NCBI GenBank assembly: GCA_900538545.1
Contig: UPYK01000004.1
Location: 30,098 to 94,097 of the forward strand
DNA from: an uncultured Eggerthella sp.
GTDB taxonomy: Bacteria; Actinomycetota; Coriobacteriia; Coriobacteriales; Eggerthellaceae
Reading direction: 5' to 3'
DNA length: 64,000 nt
How positions within the stretch are numbered: position 1 is the stretch's first letter; each line of letters begins with the position of its first letter. The notes under the pieces were generated by a model that did no database searches, was not told where the DNA came from, and saw only the letters and a list, made by a program, of their open reading frames with translations. Of this stretch, positions 30,093-39,944 are shown piece after piece. A program made the position numbers and the translations under genes.

Positions 30093-31043
30093 CTATTTTG
30101 TCGCGAGGTACACCACGCCGATTATATTAGCTTTTGCCAAATGAAGCTCGTCGATCATATTCGAAAGGGCACTGCGCGAATCAAGCCATTCGCGCACGCA
30201 GAGAATCGTTATATCTGCTTCTTTTGCGATATAGACCGAACCTATGCCTTCCGAAAGAGAAGGACATTCAACGATCGTGAGGATTCCCGGAAGGGCGGCG
30301 CTCTTGAACCCTTCTGCATGCGGATTTCCCTTGGTGCGGCTTACTGCCACGCCAGAATGTTCGAAAACACTGGTGAGCTCCGCGCAAGTAAGGGTTGCAC
30401 CCGTAAGACCTGCGGGAATAACCGCTATGGTGCTGAGCGGCTCTTCGCTTAGGAAGCGGATGTTGGCAAGAAGCTTTTCGCCTCTATCACGATTAGGAAT
30501 TCTCCCGATGATAGGGAGATCGAAGAGCGTAACAATATCGTTCTCTGATTTGATCGGCTTCTTTATCGCATCGATCACGATAAGCGCACAGATCGAAAGG
30601 AATACTCCAAGAACAAGAGCTATCGCAATGAGCTTCAAAAGGCCAGGAGAAATGCGTTCGGCATAGGTCGCTTCATTTGTAGTGATCGTGAACGCGGCAT
30701 TGACTTTGCGTATTTCGTCAGCCGTAGCATTGATGGCTGAATTTGCAGCGGAGATACATCCGTTGTAGTCGGATCCTTCAGCAAATATAGTGATCGTGCG
30801 ATAAGCCGTATCGGCTTTGGAGGTTACGGTGATGCCATTTTGAGAGAAGAGCTCTGCTTCACTTTGGGCAAAACCGCCAGTTAAGGCAATGTCTGCATCA
30901 GTAATAAGGGTAGCTTTTGCTTCGTATGTTGAAGGTGCGAGCAGGGTTACGACAACCGTGATCACCGCACAAGCAATAGGGATGGCGATCGCTATCTTCA
31001 GATAATGACGAAGGAGTCTCAACAGATCAGAAAAGGTCATCAA
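30093..31043 (-). CDS. Wzz/CpsC-like polysaccharide co-polymerase fused to a degenerate CpsD/BY-kinase-like domain
   Basis: Two TM helices flank a periplasmic-type segment. The C-terminal ~120 aa resemble a P-loop kinase fold but the Walker A position reads [13 protein letters not shown] (no GK[ST]) and there is no C-terminal Tyr cluster. Confidence 0.55.
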   Translation of the reverse strand: MMTFSDLLRLLRHYLKIAIAIPIACAVITVVVTLLAPSTYEAKATLITDADIALTGGFAQSEAELFSQNGITVTSKADTAYRTITIFAEGSDYNGCISAANSAINATADEIRKVNAAFTITTNEATYAERISPGLLKLIAIALVLGVFLSICALIVIDAIKKPIKSENDIVTLFDLPIIGRIPNRDRGEKLLANIRFLSEEPLSTIAVIPAGLTGATLTCAELTSVFEHSGVAVSRTKGNPHAEGFKSAALPGILTIVECPSLSEGIGSVYIAKEADITILCVREWLDSRSALSNMIDELHLAKANIIGVVYLATK

Positions 31044-31124
31044 TAGCTCCTGTCTGTTGCCAGATATTTTGTTTAGTTGCGTTCATTCTGCATTTCTCTA
31101 TCTTGTGTAGTACGAATAAGCTTG

Positions 31125-31643
31125 TCAATTATTTTTATGAACCACTTCGAGGCCAATCGTTGCGGTTGTAGTTCTACCGAACATAGTCATTTCGATCAAT
31201 GCTCGCCTTTTATGTCGGTCGATCTTCTTGATGATCGCTTCCTGCCCGAATAACGGCCCTTGGGTAACCGTGATGGTCTCTCCTTCGATATAGCCCTCGC
31301 TCATGCGCACACAATAGGCATCATCAGTGAAGGCAACGATCCAGTCTTTCTCCTCTTCAGAAAGAGGCGTGATCTCATTCTTCTGGCCGTTCTGTCCCAA
31401 AAGGCGTGTAGTTGCTGGGACTTTCTTGAGTTCGCTCAGAAGCGCGAGGATCGAATCGGTGACCATGAACAGATACCCTGGAAAAAGCATGCGACGCACA
31501 CGCTTCCATTCTCCTTGGATCTTGCGCATCGTTTCGTATTCCGGAAGGAAAGCATCCTGCAGAATAGCAGGATCGATCATCTGTTTACACATATCTCGCA
31601 CGGCTACTTCTTGTCCGCTATTGACTTGAGCGACATACCACAT
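31125..31643 (-). CDS. NusG-paralog transcription antiterminator (UpxY/LoaP-like)
   Basis: NGN domain (MWYVAQVNSGQE..., LFPGYLFMV) and a C-terminal KOW motif (GETITVTQGPLFGQEAIIKKID). It is the first gene of the minus-strand glycan operon. Confidence 0.75.
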   Translation of the reverse strand: MWYVAQVNSGQEVAVRDMCKQMIDPAILQDAFLPEYETMRKIQGEWKRVRRMLFPGYLFMVTDSILALLSELKKVPATTRLLGQNGQKNEITPLSEEEKDWIVAFTDDAYCVRMSEGYIEGETITVTQGPLFGQEAIIKKIDRHKRRALIEMTMFGRTTTATIGLEVVHKNN

Positions 31644-32172
31644 GTCTGTTCCTATCCTCGGGCCAAAGCACCGTGTTTGCCGAGAGTCTTGCGTGCATAG
31701 CTTCGCCCTTTTCAGGGGTCTGAATCTTTCAACACGCTCTTCAAACTCTCACGGCTCACGAAACGCGCTTGGCGACGATTTCGATTCCTTAAGATATGTG
31801 CGCGCATCTTGCGAAATACTGCATCCTATATCTGGGCGCAGTTCGAGCAAGATACAACAATATATGGTATCAGTTCATAGGTTTTCGGTAAACAAATTAG
31901 GGCTTCTACCAGCCAAACGGCATGCTTAGCTGCGTTAGTTTCACAGCTTGATGCGCAAGTGCTCCATCTTACGAAAATGCGCATGTAAAAGAAGCAGGAT
32001 TGGCGTAGCTGTAGCATGAAAACGGCAGCTCGGAGGCCGCCGTTTGAAGGATAAATAATGCGAGGTCCACGGTTGATGCACCACTTCGTTGCTTTGGTTG
32101 CGCGATTACAGCGCCATCCTGCGTCGAACGAAACCGATCTTTTCTAGCTTCTTAAAGGTGAAGACTGGATAC
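31644..32172 (-). promoter_or_regulatory. promoter and ~0.5 kb 5' leader of the glycan operon
   Basis: Non-coding stretch between the upstream terminator and the NusG-paralog start. The composition change between the two halves of the window falls here. Confidence 0.3.
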
Positions 32173-32210
32173 AAAAAAAGCGGCCAGGGTTTTGCTTTAC
32201 CCTGACCGCT
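32173..32210 (-). terminator. rho-independent terminator of the SNF transporter gene
   Basis: 11-bp stem (AGCGGCCAGGG / CCCTGACCGCT, one mismatch), followed on the minus strand by a U7 tract. Confidence 0.55.
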
Positions 32211-32251
32211 CTGCGCATGCGTTGCTACGTTGAATCCGCTCTTTCGCTCGG

Positions 32252-33634
32252 CTAGATCGTCATGAAGCCGAGGAATTGGGCGAGGAACGAGATGAACACG
32301 ATCGCGATCAGGATGGGCGCGATGTACTTGATCATGATGCGCCACGCTGCACGCCAACGGAACTTCGATGAGGCCATGATTTCTTCCTCGATGATCTTCG
32401 GCTTGATGCACCAACCAACGAAGATGCAGGTCAGGAATGCTACGATCGGCATCATGATGGTGTTCGAGACAAAGTCGAAGAAGTCGAGCAGCGAAGTGCC
32501 CGCACCCAACGGCTCGATGAACGAAAGACCGTTGTAGCCCAGGTTCACGAACACAGCCGCAACACCGATGATCACGAACGTGAGCACAGTTGCCTTCTTG
32601 CGCGAGCATTTCGCGCCGTCATGCATGATCGAAACGCAGGTCTCCATGAGCGAGATCGCCGAGGTGAGCGCTGCGAAGATAACGAGCAAGAAGAACAGCA
32701 CGCCGATAACGGGTGCGAAATCGCCAAACGATGCGAACATCTGCGGCAACACGATGAACATGAGACCGGGGCCGGAATTTTCGGTAACCGCCTCAGGCGA
32801 ACCCAGCGCAACGAATGCCGCTGGCACGATCATGAGGCCCGCCAAGAACGAAACACCGATATCGAAGCCCGCAACACGGATCGCGCTCGAAGTGAGCGAG
32901 TCGCGCTGCTTCATGTAGGAGCCATAGGTGACCATGATGCCCATCGCGATGGACAGCGAGAAGAACATCTGTCCCAGCGCCGCAACCACGAGCTCTATCG
33001 AGAACGCAGAGAAATCGGGCACCAGATAATAGGCAGCGCCATCGAGCGCGCCAGGCTGGCAGAGCGTGTAGACAACCAGGATGACCGTCATGATGATAAG
33101 CGCTGGCATCATGATCAGGTTAGCCTTCTCAATACCGCCCTTGATGCCGCGCGACACGACGAAGAACACGATAGCCATGAAGATGAAGAGCCAGATATAC
33201 GACTCAAAACTGCTGGTGATGAAGCTAGAGAAGTACGTACCGCCATCGCCGATCATGGTTGCGGGATCGAAGAAATACGCACCGACGTACTTCGCCACCC
33301 AGCCACCGATCACGCAATAGTACGGCGTGATGATGAACGGAACGAGCGAAGCCAGGATGCCAATGAAGGCATACTTCTTGCCGAACAGCTTGAACGCGCC
33401 GATGGTAGACTGGCGCGTCTTACGACCGAGCGCGATCTCGACAAGCAGAAGCGACAGACCAAAGGTGAACACGAGCACCAAGTAGGTGAGCAAGAACATA
33501 CCGCCACCATACTTCGCCGCCAGATACGGGAAGCGCCACAGATTACCCAAGCCGACCGCAGAAGCGGCTGCAGCCAAGATGAATGCCCATTTGCTTGACC
33601 AGGTGTCACGAGCAGCATGTGCAAGTTGAGACAT
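32252..33634 (-). CDS. sodium-dependent transporter, SNF (neurotransmitter:sodium symporter) family
   Basis: WSSKWAFILAAAASAVGLGNLWRFPY signature and 11-12 TM helices. Start at the ATG at 33634 with a GGGGGA RBS; the longer ORF to 33688 is unlikely. Confidence 0.85.
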   Translation of the reverse strand: MSQLAHAARDTWSSKWAFILAAAASAVGLGNLWRFPYLAAKYGGGMFLLTYLVLVFTFGLSLLLVEIALGRKTRQSTIGAFKLFGKKYAFIGILASLVPFIITPYYCVIGGWVAKYVGAYFFDPATMIGDGGTYFSSFITSSFESYIWLFIFMAIVFFVVSRGIKGGIEKANLIMMPALIIMTVILVVYTLCQPGALDGAAYYLVPDFSAFSIELVVAALGQMFFSLSIAMGIMVTYGSYMKQRDSLTSSAIRVAGFDIGVSFLAGLMIVPAAFVALGSPEAVTENSGPGLMFIVLPQMFASFGDFAPVIGVLFFLLVIFAALTSAISLMETCVSIMHDGAKCSRKKATVLTFVIIGVAAVFVNLGYNGLSFIEPLGAGTSLLDFFDFVSNTIMMPIVAFLTCIFVGWCIKPKIIEEEIMASSKFRWRAAWRIMIKYIAPILIAIVFISFLAQFLGFMTI

Positions 33635-33824
33635 AGATCCCCCATTCAGGTTCAATTCGTTCGCTCGCTGATCCAGTTCGATTCGCACTGGATCGGTTCG
33701 CGATATTGCTAGACACGTTGATTTGTATTGCTACGAAGAATAGCAAAAGAACCTTAAAATCTTCACAAGAATGACCGCGCAGGAGCAAGCGGCGAACGTG
33801 AACGGGCTGCGAACATTCCCAGCG

Positions 33825-35468
33825 CTACAGATTGCGCGCGCGGCGACGAGCACGCGCGGCGGCCGCAGAAAGCACCGTGGCAGAAGGCAGCGGCTCGGTA
33901 TTCTGCTCAGGCTGCTTCTTGCTATGCTTGCCTTCAGGTTGAGGGTCCTGTGCTGCGGCTTCGCTAGTGCCGCTCACGGCGGCAGCATGTCGGGCTCTTC
34001 GCTCCGATGAAGCCCGCGCCCCAGCATAGACTTGCGAGAAATCGAACTTGGTGGCTTCACTCGAGTCAGAAGTCTCGGCTGAAGCGCTCGATTCCCTTTG
34101 GCCAGTAGACTCATCAGCCAAAACCCGCTCTTCTGCAACCGGCTTCACAGGTTCAACTTTTGGCAATTCACGCTCGAGCGCTGCATGCGAAGCTGAAGGA
34201 GTTGCTTGGCTTTCTGCAAATGAAGAAGATTGGTCCGCTCCTGAAGAGCTTGCAGGGGCAGCCTCTGCGGTTTGGGTTTCTGCCGCGCTGGATGCCTCCA
34301 GCGAAGAGGCTGGCATCGTTGCCGCAGGCGCACTTATCGAATCGACCACAACAGCTTGAGCATCGCTCGTCATGAAAGCGCTGACAGCAGAGGCCTCTTC
34401 AGAAGAGCAGGCATCGAGATTCGGGCCACGAGGGATCACGATCTCGCGGTCTTGCTCTTTTTCCTGGCGCCACCGCGCCCAGCGCGCAGCAGGTGATGAA
34501 TCCGCTGCACCAGTGCGTTTCTTGGCCTTCTTCGAAGACTTCTTCCCCTTCTCCGTACTGGCCTTAGGAGTTTCTTCGACCACCTTAGGAGCAGGCTCTT
34601 CGAGCGTTGAAACCGGCGGAATATCCTCGATCGCATCGGAAAGGTGCTGATCAGGAGCAAGTTCACCGCGCAGCCCACTCGGGCGAGGATCGTAGTAGAA
34701 GTGCTGCTCAGCGTAGGTCACATGCCAGAGCACAAGTCCTTCAGCAGGCGCGTTCTGTCCTGCTGCCTGTCGGTTGCGCGCCGCGAGCACCTCGCCCACC
34801 CACTCGGGCGTGCGTTTCCCGCGACCAACCAACACGAGCGTACCCACCATCGTGCGCACCATAGAATGCAAGAACGCGTTCCCGATGACCGTGATCACGA
34901 TGAAGTTCGAATTCCAGATCTGCTCTTGCTTGAACGAGATATCGGCAACATAGCGATGCGTGGGCTTATCCTTCGCTGAAACCGCCATGCAGAAGCTCTT
35001 GAAATCGTGCTCGCCCAGCAGATGCGTAGAAGCCTGCTTCATCGCCTCAACATCGAGCGGCTTGCCCAGATGCCAGCAGAACTTCTCCATGAGCAGGGGC
35101 GCAGCCACATCGGTACAGATGTAGTAACGATATTCGCGCATAACGGCCGAGAACCGTGCCGAAAAATCCTCTGGCATAGGGCGCACTGAGCGGAACGAGA
35201 TCTCTTCATGCGTAAGCGCGTTGAGCGATTTCAGAAGTGAATCGGGCTTGCGGCGAAACCACTCATCGGGGAGCAGATCGAAGCTGATCACCTGGCAAAG
35301 CGCATGAACGCCAGCGTCGGTCCTGCCAGCGCACGTGGTATCGATGCGCCGACGAAACAGCAGCTCAAGGGCATCTTCGATATTTCCCTGAACCGTAAGC
35401 TGCCCATTCTGCCGCGCGAAGCCCGAAAAAGGCTCTCCGTTGTACGAAAACCACGCTGCGACCCTCAT
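33825..35468 (-). CDS. truA: tRNA pseudouridine(38-40) synthase with ~280-aa low-complexity C-terminal extension
   Basis: TruA core: MRVAAWFSYNGEPFSGFARQNG...RTDAGVHALCQV with the catalytic Asp. Start at the ATG at 35468; the 725-aa ORF 5' part is discounted. The frame then stays open through an Ala/Ser/Glu/Pro-rich tail to 33825. Confidence 0.75.
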   Translation of the reverse strand: MRVAAWFSYNGEPFSGFARQNGQLTVQGNIEDALELLFRRRIDTTCAGRTDAGVHALCQVISFDLLPDEWFRRKPDSLLKSLNALTHEEISFRSVRPMPEDFSARFSAVMREYRYYICTDVAAPLLMEKFCWHLGKPLDVEAMKQASTHLLGEHDFKSFCMAVSAKDKPTHRYVADISFKQEQIWNSNFIVITVIGNAFLHSMVRTMVGTLVLVGRGKRTPEWVGEVLAARNRQAAGQNAPAEGLVLWHVTYAEQHFYYDPRPSGLRGELAPDQHLSDAIEDIPPVSTLEEPAPKVVEETPKASTEKGKKSSKKAKKRTGAADSSPAARWARWRQEKEQDREIVIPRGPNLDACSSEEASAVSAFMTSDAQAVVVDSISAPAATMPASSLEASSAAETQTAEAAPASSSGADQSSSFAESQATPSASHAALERELPKVEPVKPVAEERVLADESTGQRESSASAETSDSSEATKFDFSQVYAGARASSERRARHAAAVSGTSEAAAQDPQPEGKHSKKQPEQNTEPLPSATVLSAAAARARRRARNL

Positions 35469-35515
35469 GAACGCCGCCCCGTTCTGTGGTTGTGCCTGCT
35501 TGCCATGATGCGCCT

Positions 35516-38500
35516 CTACGATGCTTTCCAGATCTCGCGTCCGAACAGATCGTGCAAGTCTGCCTTGAGCATATGATCGCGCGCATTGATGGTGAGCGGC
35601 AGCTCTGCGCGCATGCGGCTGCCGTCGGTCTGCGCCACGAAGAGCACGATCGGGTCGTTGCCGGGATGGGTCTTCAGGATGTCCAGCAGGCGCGAAGAAG
35701 AAAGCGCGTTCAGCTCGTTGGATTGCACCTGCAGCTCCATGCACACCGGCTTCACGTTCTGCTGCTCTTCGGTAAGTTCGAGCTTTTCGATCTCGTAGCC
35801 GATAAGCTGGTTCGCGCGGTCGCTCACCTCGAACTTGCCGCGCACGGTTACCACTGCATCTTCCTCGAGCACGCTGGAGACCTTCTCGTAGTCGAAGCAG
35901 ATGCACTCGATGCTGCCCGCCAGATCTTCCAGATTGAAGGTGGCCATGAGGGTGTTGCGCTTCGTGCGCTTCACGTTCACGTCGGAGACCATGCCCGCAC
36001 ATTTGATGTTCTTGATGCTCTCTTCGCGCTCGTTCAACTCCGTCATCGAGTATTTGTTCGTGCGCGAAAGATAGTTCTCGTACGGGCTTAAGGGATGATC
36101 GGAGACATACATCTTCAGGATCTCTTTTTCGAAGGTAAGCTTCGTGCGCTTATCCCATTCCACCCCATCGGGCTCAGGGATATCCTCGACGAAGCCCGCA
36201 TCCGGATCGTCCGCGAACATGTCGAACATGCTCACCTGACCAGCGGATTTATCCTTCTGGCGCTTGGCTGCATCGTCGAGCAGCGATGTTTCATCCACGA
36301 AATACATGAGCTGCTTGCGCGTGTAGCCGGTCGAATCGAACGCACCGGACTTGATGAGCGCTTCGAGCGTCTTGCGGTTATAGCATGAGGAATCCACGCG
36401 GTTCACGAAATCGTGAAGCGAAGTGAACGGACCGTTGGCCTCGCGCTCTGCGATGATGGCCTGCACCACCTTCTCGCCCACGCCACGCACGCCAGCAAGA
36501 CCGAAGCGGATGCCGCCATCAACCGGGGTGAATTCCAAGCTCGAAGAGTTGATATCGGGCGGAAGCACGGGGGTGCCGTTGTGGTTCGCGCTAGCAATAT
36601 AGCGAATGAGCTTGTCGTTGCTGCCCATGTAGCTGGTGAGCACCGCTGCCATGAATTCGTTGGGGTAATGCGCCTTCAGGTAAGCCGTGCGCATGACCAA
36701 GATGGCGTATGCTGCAGAATGCGACTTGTTGAACGCGTACTTCGCGAACTTCTCGGCATCTTGCCAGATCTGCTGGGCAACTTCGAGAGAATAGCCGTTC
36801 TCGACCGCACCTGAATCCCAGTCAGCCTGAAGGCCGCGCATCACGTCGATCTTCTTCTTACCCATCGCCTTACGCAGCTTGTCGGATTTGCCTGCCGAAA
36901 AACCGCTCATGACCATGGAGATCTGCATGATCTGCTCCTGGTAGACCATGGTGCCATGGGTCTCTTCCAAGATGCCGCGCAGACGGTCGTCGTAATAATG
37001 AACCGCTTCGGGATTCTTCGCCGCCTTGATGTAGTCTTCGACCATGCCTGACTCAAGCGGACCGGGGCGGTTGAGCGCGATAGATGCGACAACATCCGAG
37101 AATTGCTTTGGGGGGAGGCGCTTGAACAGGCTCACATAGAGCGCGCCTTCCACCTGGAAAAGACCATCCATGTTGCCCGATTGCATGAGCTCGAAGGCTT
37201 TTTCATCGTCGGTGGGGATCTCTTCAGGAACGATCTTCGTGCCGTAGCGCTCTTCGATGTTGCGACAAGCGATCGAAAGCACGTCGAGCGTACGAAGACC
37301 GAGGAAGTCCATCTTGAGAAGGCCCAGGTCGGGTGTGTAGTGGCCGTCGTATTGGGTGATGATGCCGCCGCCCTTGGTATCGCGCTTCATGGGCACATGG
37401 TCGGCCATGGGGTCGCGGCAGATGATGGTCGCGCAGGCATGCACGCCTTCACCGCGCACGTGGCCTTCGATGGATTTCGCCGCATCGATCACCGCATGCA
37501 CATCGGGCTCGTCTTCGTAAGCCTTAGCCAGATCAGGATTGGTTTCGAGCGCTTGGTCGATCGTGATGCCAAGCTCGTTGCCGATCATCTTGCAGATGCG
37601 GTCGCCCGTGCTGTAAGGATAGTCGAGCACGCGCGCAGCATCGCGTACGGCGTTCTTCGCCTGAAGCGTGCCGAAGGTGATCACCTGCGAAACGTGGTCT
37701 TCGCCATACACATCCTTGATGTGGTTGATAACCTCTTCACGCCTACCCTGCTCGAAGTCGACGTCGATATCGGGCATCTCCACACGCTCGGGAGAAAGGA
37801 AACGTTCGAACATGAGACCGTTGGGCAGCGGATCGAGGTCGGTGATACCCATGGCGTATGCCACGATCGCACCTGCCGCCGAGCCACGGCCCGGACCAAC
37901 GCCGATACCTTGGCTGCGCGCCCATTCGATGTATTCCTGCACGATCAAGAAGTACGCGGGGAAGCCTTGATCGATGATGACCTGCATCTCGTAGTCGGCC
38001 TGCTTCTGCACGTGCTCGGGAACGGGATCGCCGTAGCGCTTGATCAGGCCTTCCTGCACGCGCTTGCGGAACCATGATTCCTCGGTCTCCCCTTCGGGCA
38101 GCGGGAACTTCGGCAAAATGGGATCGCGCTCGAGCTCGACGTTGCACTTTTCCGCAACCTCGATGGTGTTATCGCAGGCCTCGGGGAAGTCCTTCAACGC
38201 CGCGCGCATTTCCTCTTCGGTCTTCATGTAGAACTGATCGTTGGGGAACTTGAAGCGCTTTTCCTGGTTGATGGTCTGGTTGGTGCCGATGCACAGCATC
38301 ACGTCCTGCGCCTGCGCATCCTCTTGCACGAGGTAGTGGAAGTCGTTCGTTGCGATGGTCTTGAGCCCCAGGTGGTTCGCAATTTCCGTGAGCTGTTGGT
38401 TGAGCTCGCGCTGCGTCTTGCCCGCATCGGAGGTGATACCCTGGTCTTGGAGCTCGATGTAGAAATCGCCCGGCTCATAGAGCGCGGAGAGCTTCTTCGC

Positions 38501-38983
38501 CCACTCAATGGCTTCGTCGATCTTGCCCGCGTCCACGCAGCGTGGGATGATACCCGCGATACAGGCGCTCGTGGCGATCACGCCTTCGGAATACTTCTCG
38601 AGCATCTCGAAGGTCGTGCGCGGGCGATAGTAGAAATTGTCCACATGCGATTCGCTCACGAGCTTCACGATGTTGTGATAGCCCGTGTTGTTCTTCGCGA
38701 GCAGGATCATATGATGAAGCTTCTGCTTACCTTCCTTCTTCAAGGAAGAATCCGTGGTGAAATAGATCTCGCATCCGAAGATGGGTTTTACCCACTTGCC
38801 CGTTTCTGCCTTCACCTTGTCGCATGCGTCCGCTAACTCTGGCACACCCGACATAACGCCATGGTCCGTAATGGCCACCGCCGGCATACCCAGGTCAGCC
38901 GCGCGCTTCACCATGTCGTAGACTTTGGTAGCGCCATCGAGCAGCGAGTATTCCGTATGGTTATGAAGGTGGACAAAAGCCAT
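35516..38983 (-). CDS. dnaE: DNA polymerase III alpha subunit
   Basis: PHP domain (HLHNHTEYSLLDGA), polymerase core and OB fold. ~1155 aa. Start at the ATG at 38983 with a GAAGGA RBS. Confidence 0.95.
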   Translation of the reverse strand: MAFVHLHNHTEYSLLDGATKVYDMVKRAADLGMPAVAITDHGVMSGVPELADACDKVKAETGKWVKPIFGCEIYFTTDSSLKKEGKQKLHHMILLAKNNTGYHNIVKLVSESHVDNFYYRPRTTFEMLEKYSEGVIATSACIAGIIPRCVDAGKIDEAIEWAKKLSALYEPGDFYIELQDQGITSDAGKTQRELNQQLTEIANHLGLKTIATNDFHYLVQEDAQAQDVMLCIGTNQTINQEKRFKFPNDQFYMKTEEEMRAALKDFPEACDNTIEVAEKCNVELERDPILPKFPLPEGETEESWFRKRVQEGLIKRYGDPVPEHVQKQADYEMQVIIDQGFPAYFLIVQEYIEWARSQGIGVGPGRGSAAGAIVAYAMGITDLDPLPNGLMFERFLSPERVEMPDIDVDFEQGRREEVINHIKDVYGEDHVSQVITFGTLQAKNAVRDAARVLDYPYSTGDRICKMIGNELGITIDQALETNPDLAKAYEDEPDVHAVIDAAKSIEGHVRGEGVHACATIICRDPMADHVPMKRDTKGGGIITQYDGHYTPDLGLLKMDFLGLRTLDVLSIACRNIEERYGTKIVPEEIPTDDEKAFELMQSGNMDGLFQVEGALYVSLFKRLPPKQFSDVVASIALNRPGPLESGMVEDYIKAAKNPEAVHYYDDRLRGILEETHGTMVYQEQIMQISMVMSGFSAGKSDKLRKAMGKKKIDVMRGLQADWDSGAVENGYSLEVAQQIWQDAEKFAKYAFNKSHSAAYAILVMRTAYLKAHYPNEFMAAVLTSYMGSNDKLIRYIASANHNGTPVLPPDINSSSLEFTPVDGGIRFGLAGVRGVGEKVVQAIIAEREANGPFTSLHDFVNRVDSSCYNRKTLEALIKSGAFDSTGYTRKQLMYFVDETSLLDDAAKRQKDKSAGQVSMFDMFADDPDAGFVEDIPEPDGVEWDKRTKLTFEKEILKMYVSDHPLSPYENYLSRTNKYSMTELNEREESIKNIKCAGMVSDVNVKRTKRNTLMATFNLEDLAGSIECICFDYEKVSSVLEEDAVVTVRGKFEVSDRANQLIGYEIEKLELTEEQQNVKPVCMELQVQSNELNALSSSRLLDILKTHPGNDPIVLFVAQTDGSRMRAELPLTINARDHMLKADLHDLFGREIWKAS

Positions 38984-39272
38984 GAGCAACATCCTTCTAT
39001 CGTGTGCGCGAAAGCTGGTTCTTCACCGCAAGATCGCGCGAAGAGCAATGCAGAAATCGAGGCGTTCAAGGACTTTCATTGTGCCATCTTCAGCCGTGAC
39101 TTGCTAGGGCAAAATGGGCGGTTTCGCATCGAAATCACGAACGGTTCGGGTTTGAAGGTGGAAGGAAGTCGTTTTAGAATCTCCATAACCCCAGTTCGGC
39201 TGTATACAAGATGTTGTGTTTTCCCAGGTTACAAATTGGATTTCGCCACAAAATATTGGTTTTTTCGGTTTA

Positions 39273-39301
39273 CACCAAATTGCGCATGGAGTAGCATGAG
39301 A
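39273..39301 (+). promoter_or_regulatory. candidate sigma70-type promoter
   Basis: TTTACA - 17 nt - TAGCAT, ~85 nt upstream of the 39388 start. Confidence 0.25.
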
Positions 39302-39387
39302 GAGGTAAGGTAATTGATACTAAGTTAGTAACAATTACAGGAGCACCAGCAGTACCGAATAAGGTTATGAATAACGGAGGGGGTATT

Positions 39388-39825
39388 ATGACCACGCTTG
39401 AAGCACCTGCATTCGCAGCACAAAACACAACATGGGATGCTAAAGCAAATCAAAGCCACGGAGCCGCAGAAGAAACACAGAAGCACACGCACCAGCCTGC
39501 CGCTTCATCCGAACATATGCATCTGCAAAATGTTTCGGTTTCTATCTCTTATTCTTCGCCTGACGACTTCCGCGTCACTAACGAAGAGATCGAACAGTAC
39601 ATCGCTCGAGGTCGCGAACTTGAGCCAAGCAAGGATCTTGCCTGGATCGATCTTGCCGTTGAAGCGGAAGATGTCGCAATTCACTATGGGTACCACGCTC
39701 AGCCGTTCGAGCGCATCCGTCGCATCACCGGCTACCTGGTTGGCACCCTCGATCGTTTCAACGACGCAAAGCGCGCCGAAGAGCACGATCGTGTGAAGCA
39801 CGACATCCCGTGCACCTGTCGCTAA
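39388..39825 (+). CDS. hypothetical protein (145 aa)
   Basis: Strong RBS (GGAGGGGG) 8 nt upstream of the ATG, followed by a clear terminator. It is the only plus-strand gene in ~25 kb. No recognisable domain. Confidence 0.5.
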   Translation: MTTLEAPAFAAQNTTWDAKANQSHGAAEETQKHTHQPAASSEHMHLQNVSVSISYSSPDDFRVTNEEIEQYIARGRELEPSKDLAWIDLAVEAEDVAIHYGYHAQPFERIRRITGYLVGTLDRFNDAKRAEEHDRVKHDIPCTCR

Positions 39826-39846
39826 ATAACGCTGCCTTGCCTAAAG

Positions 39847-39888
39847 AAAAGCCGCTCGCCTCTTGTTGGGTGAGCGGCTTTTTTGTTT
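39847..39888. terminator. bidirectional rho-independent terminator (hypothetical gene / cysS)
   Basis: Perfect 11-bp stem (AAAAGCCGCTC...GAGCGGCTTTT) with A-tract and T-tract flanks, between convergent genes. Confidence 0.55.
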
Positions 39889-39944
39889 CTCTGGTTTGTG
39901 GGAGTCGGTTAAGTGTTAGGGGTCGGGTAGTTTGTCACCTGCGC

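Noticed and set aside
32106-32609. 167-aa minus-strand ORF (His/Arg-rich) overlapping the 3' end of the transporter gene and its terminator
   Set aside because: It is out of frame with the real gene and spans the terminator hairpin. Its composition looks spurious.
32621-33598. 325-aa plus-strand ORF (Arg/Asp/His/Glu-rich) antisense to the SNF transporter gene
   Set aside because: It lies entirely inside a well-supported 12-TM transporter gene on the other strand. Its composition is what GC-rich antisense frames produce, and it has no RBS.
35469-36002. 5' ~178 codons of the 725-aa ORF upstream of the TruA core (Arg/His-rich)
   Set aside because: It overlaps the 3' end of dnaE, has extreme Arg-rich composition typical of GC-rich out-of-frame translation, and lacks an RBS. 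The TruA core starts at the internal ATG at 35468 with its own RBS-like G-rich stretch.
37103-38077. 324-aa plus-strand ORF antisense to dnaE; likewise 44415..45614, 45732..46496 (antisense to clpC) and 47168..48442 (antisense to lysS)
   Set aside because: These are long stop-free antisense frames expected in GC-rich coding DNA. Each is fully nested in a high-confidence housekeeping gene.
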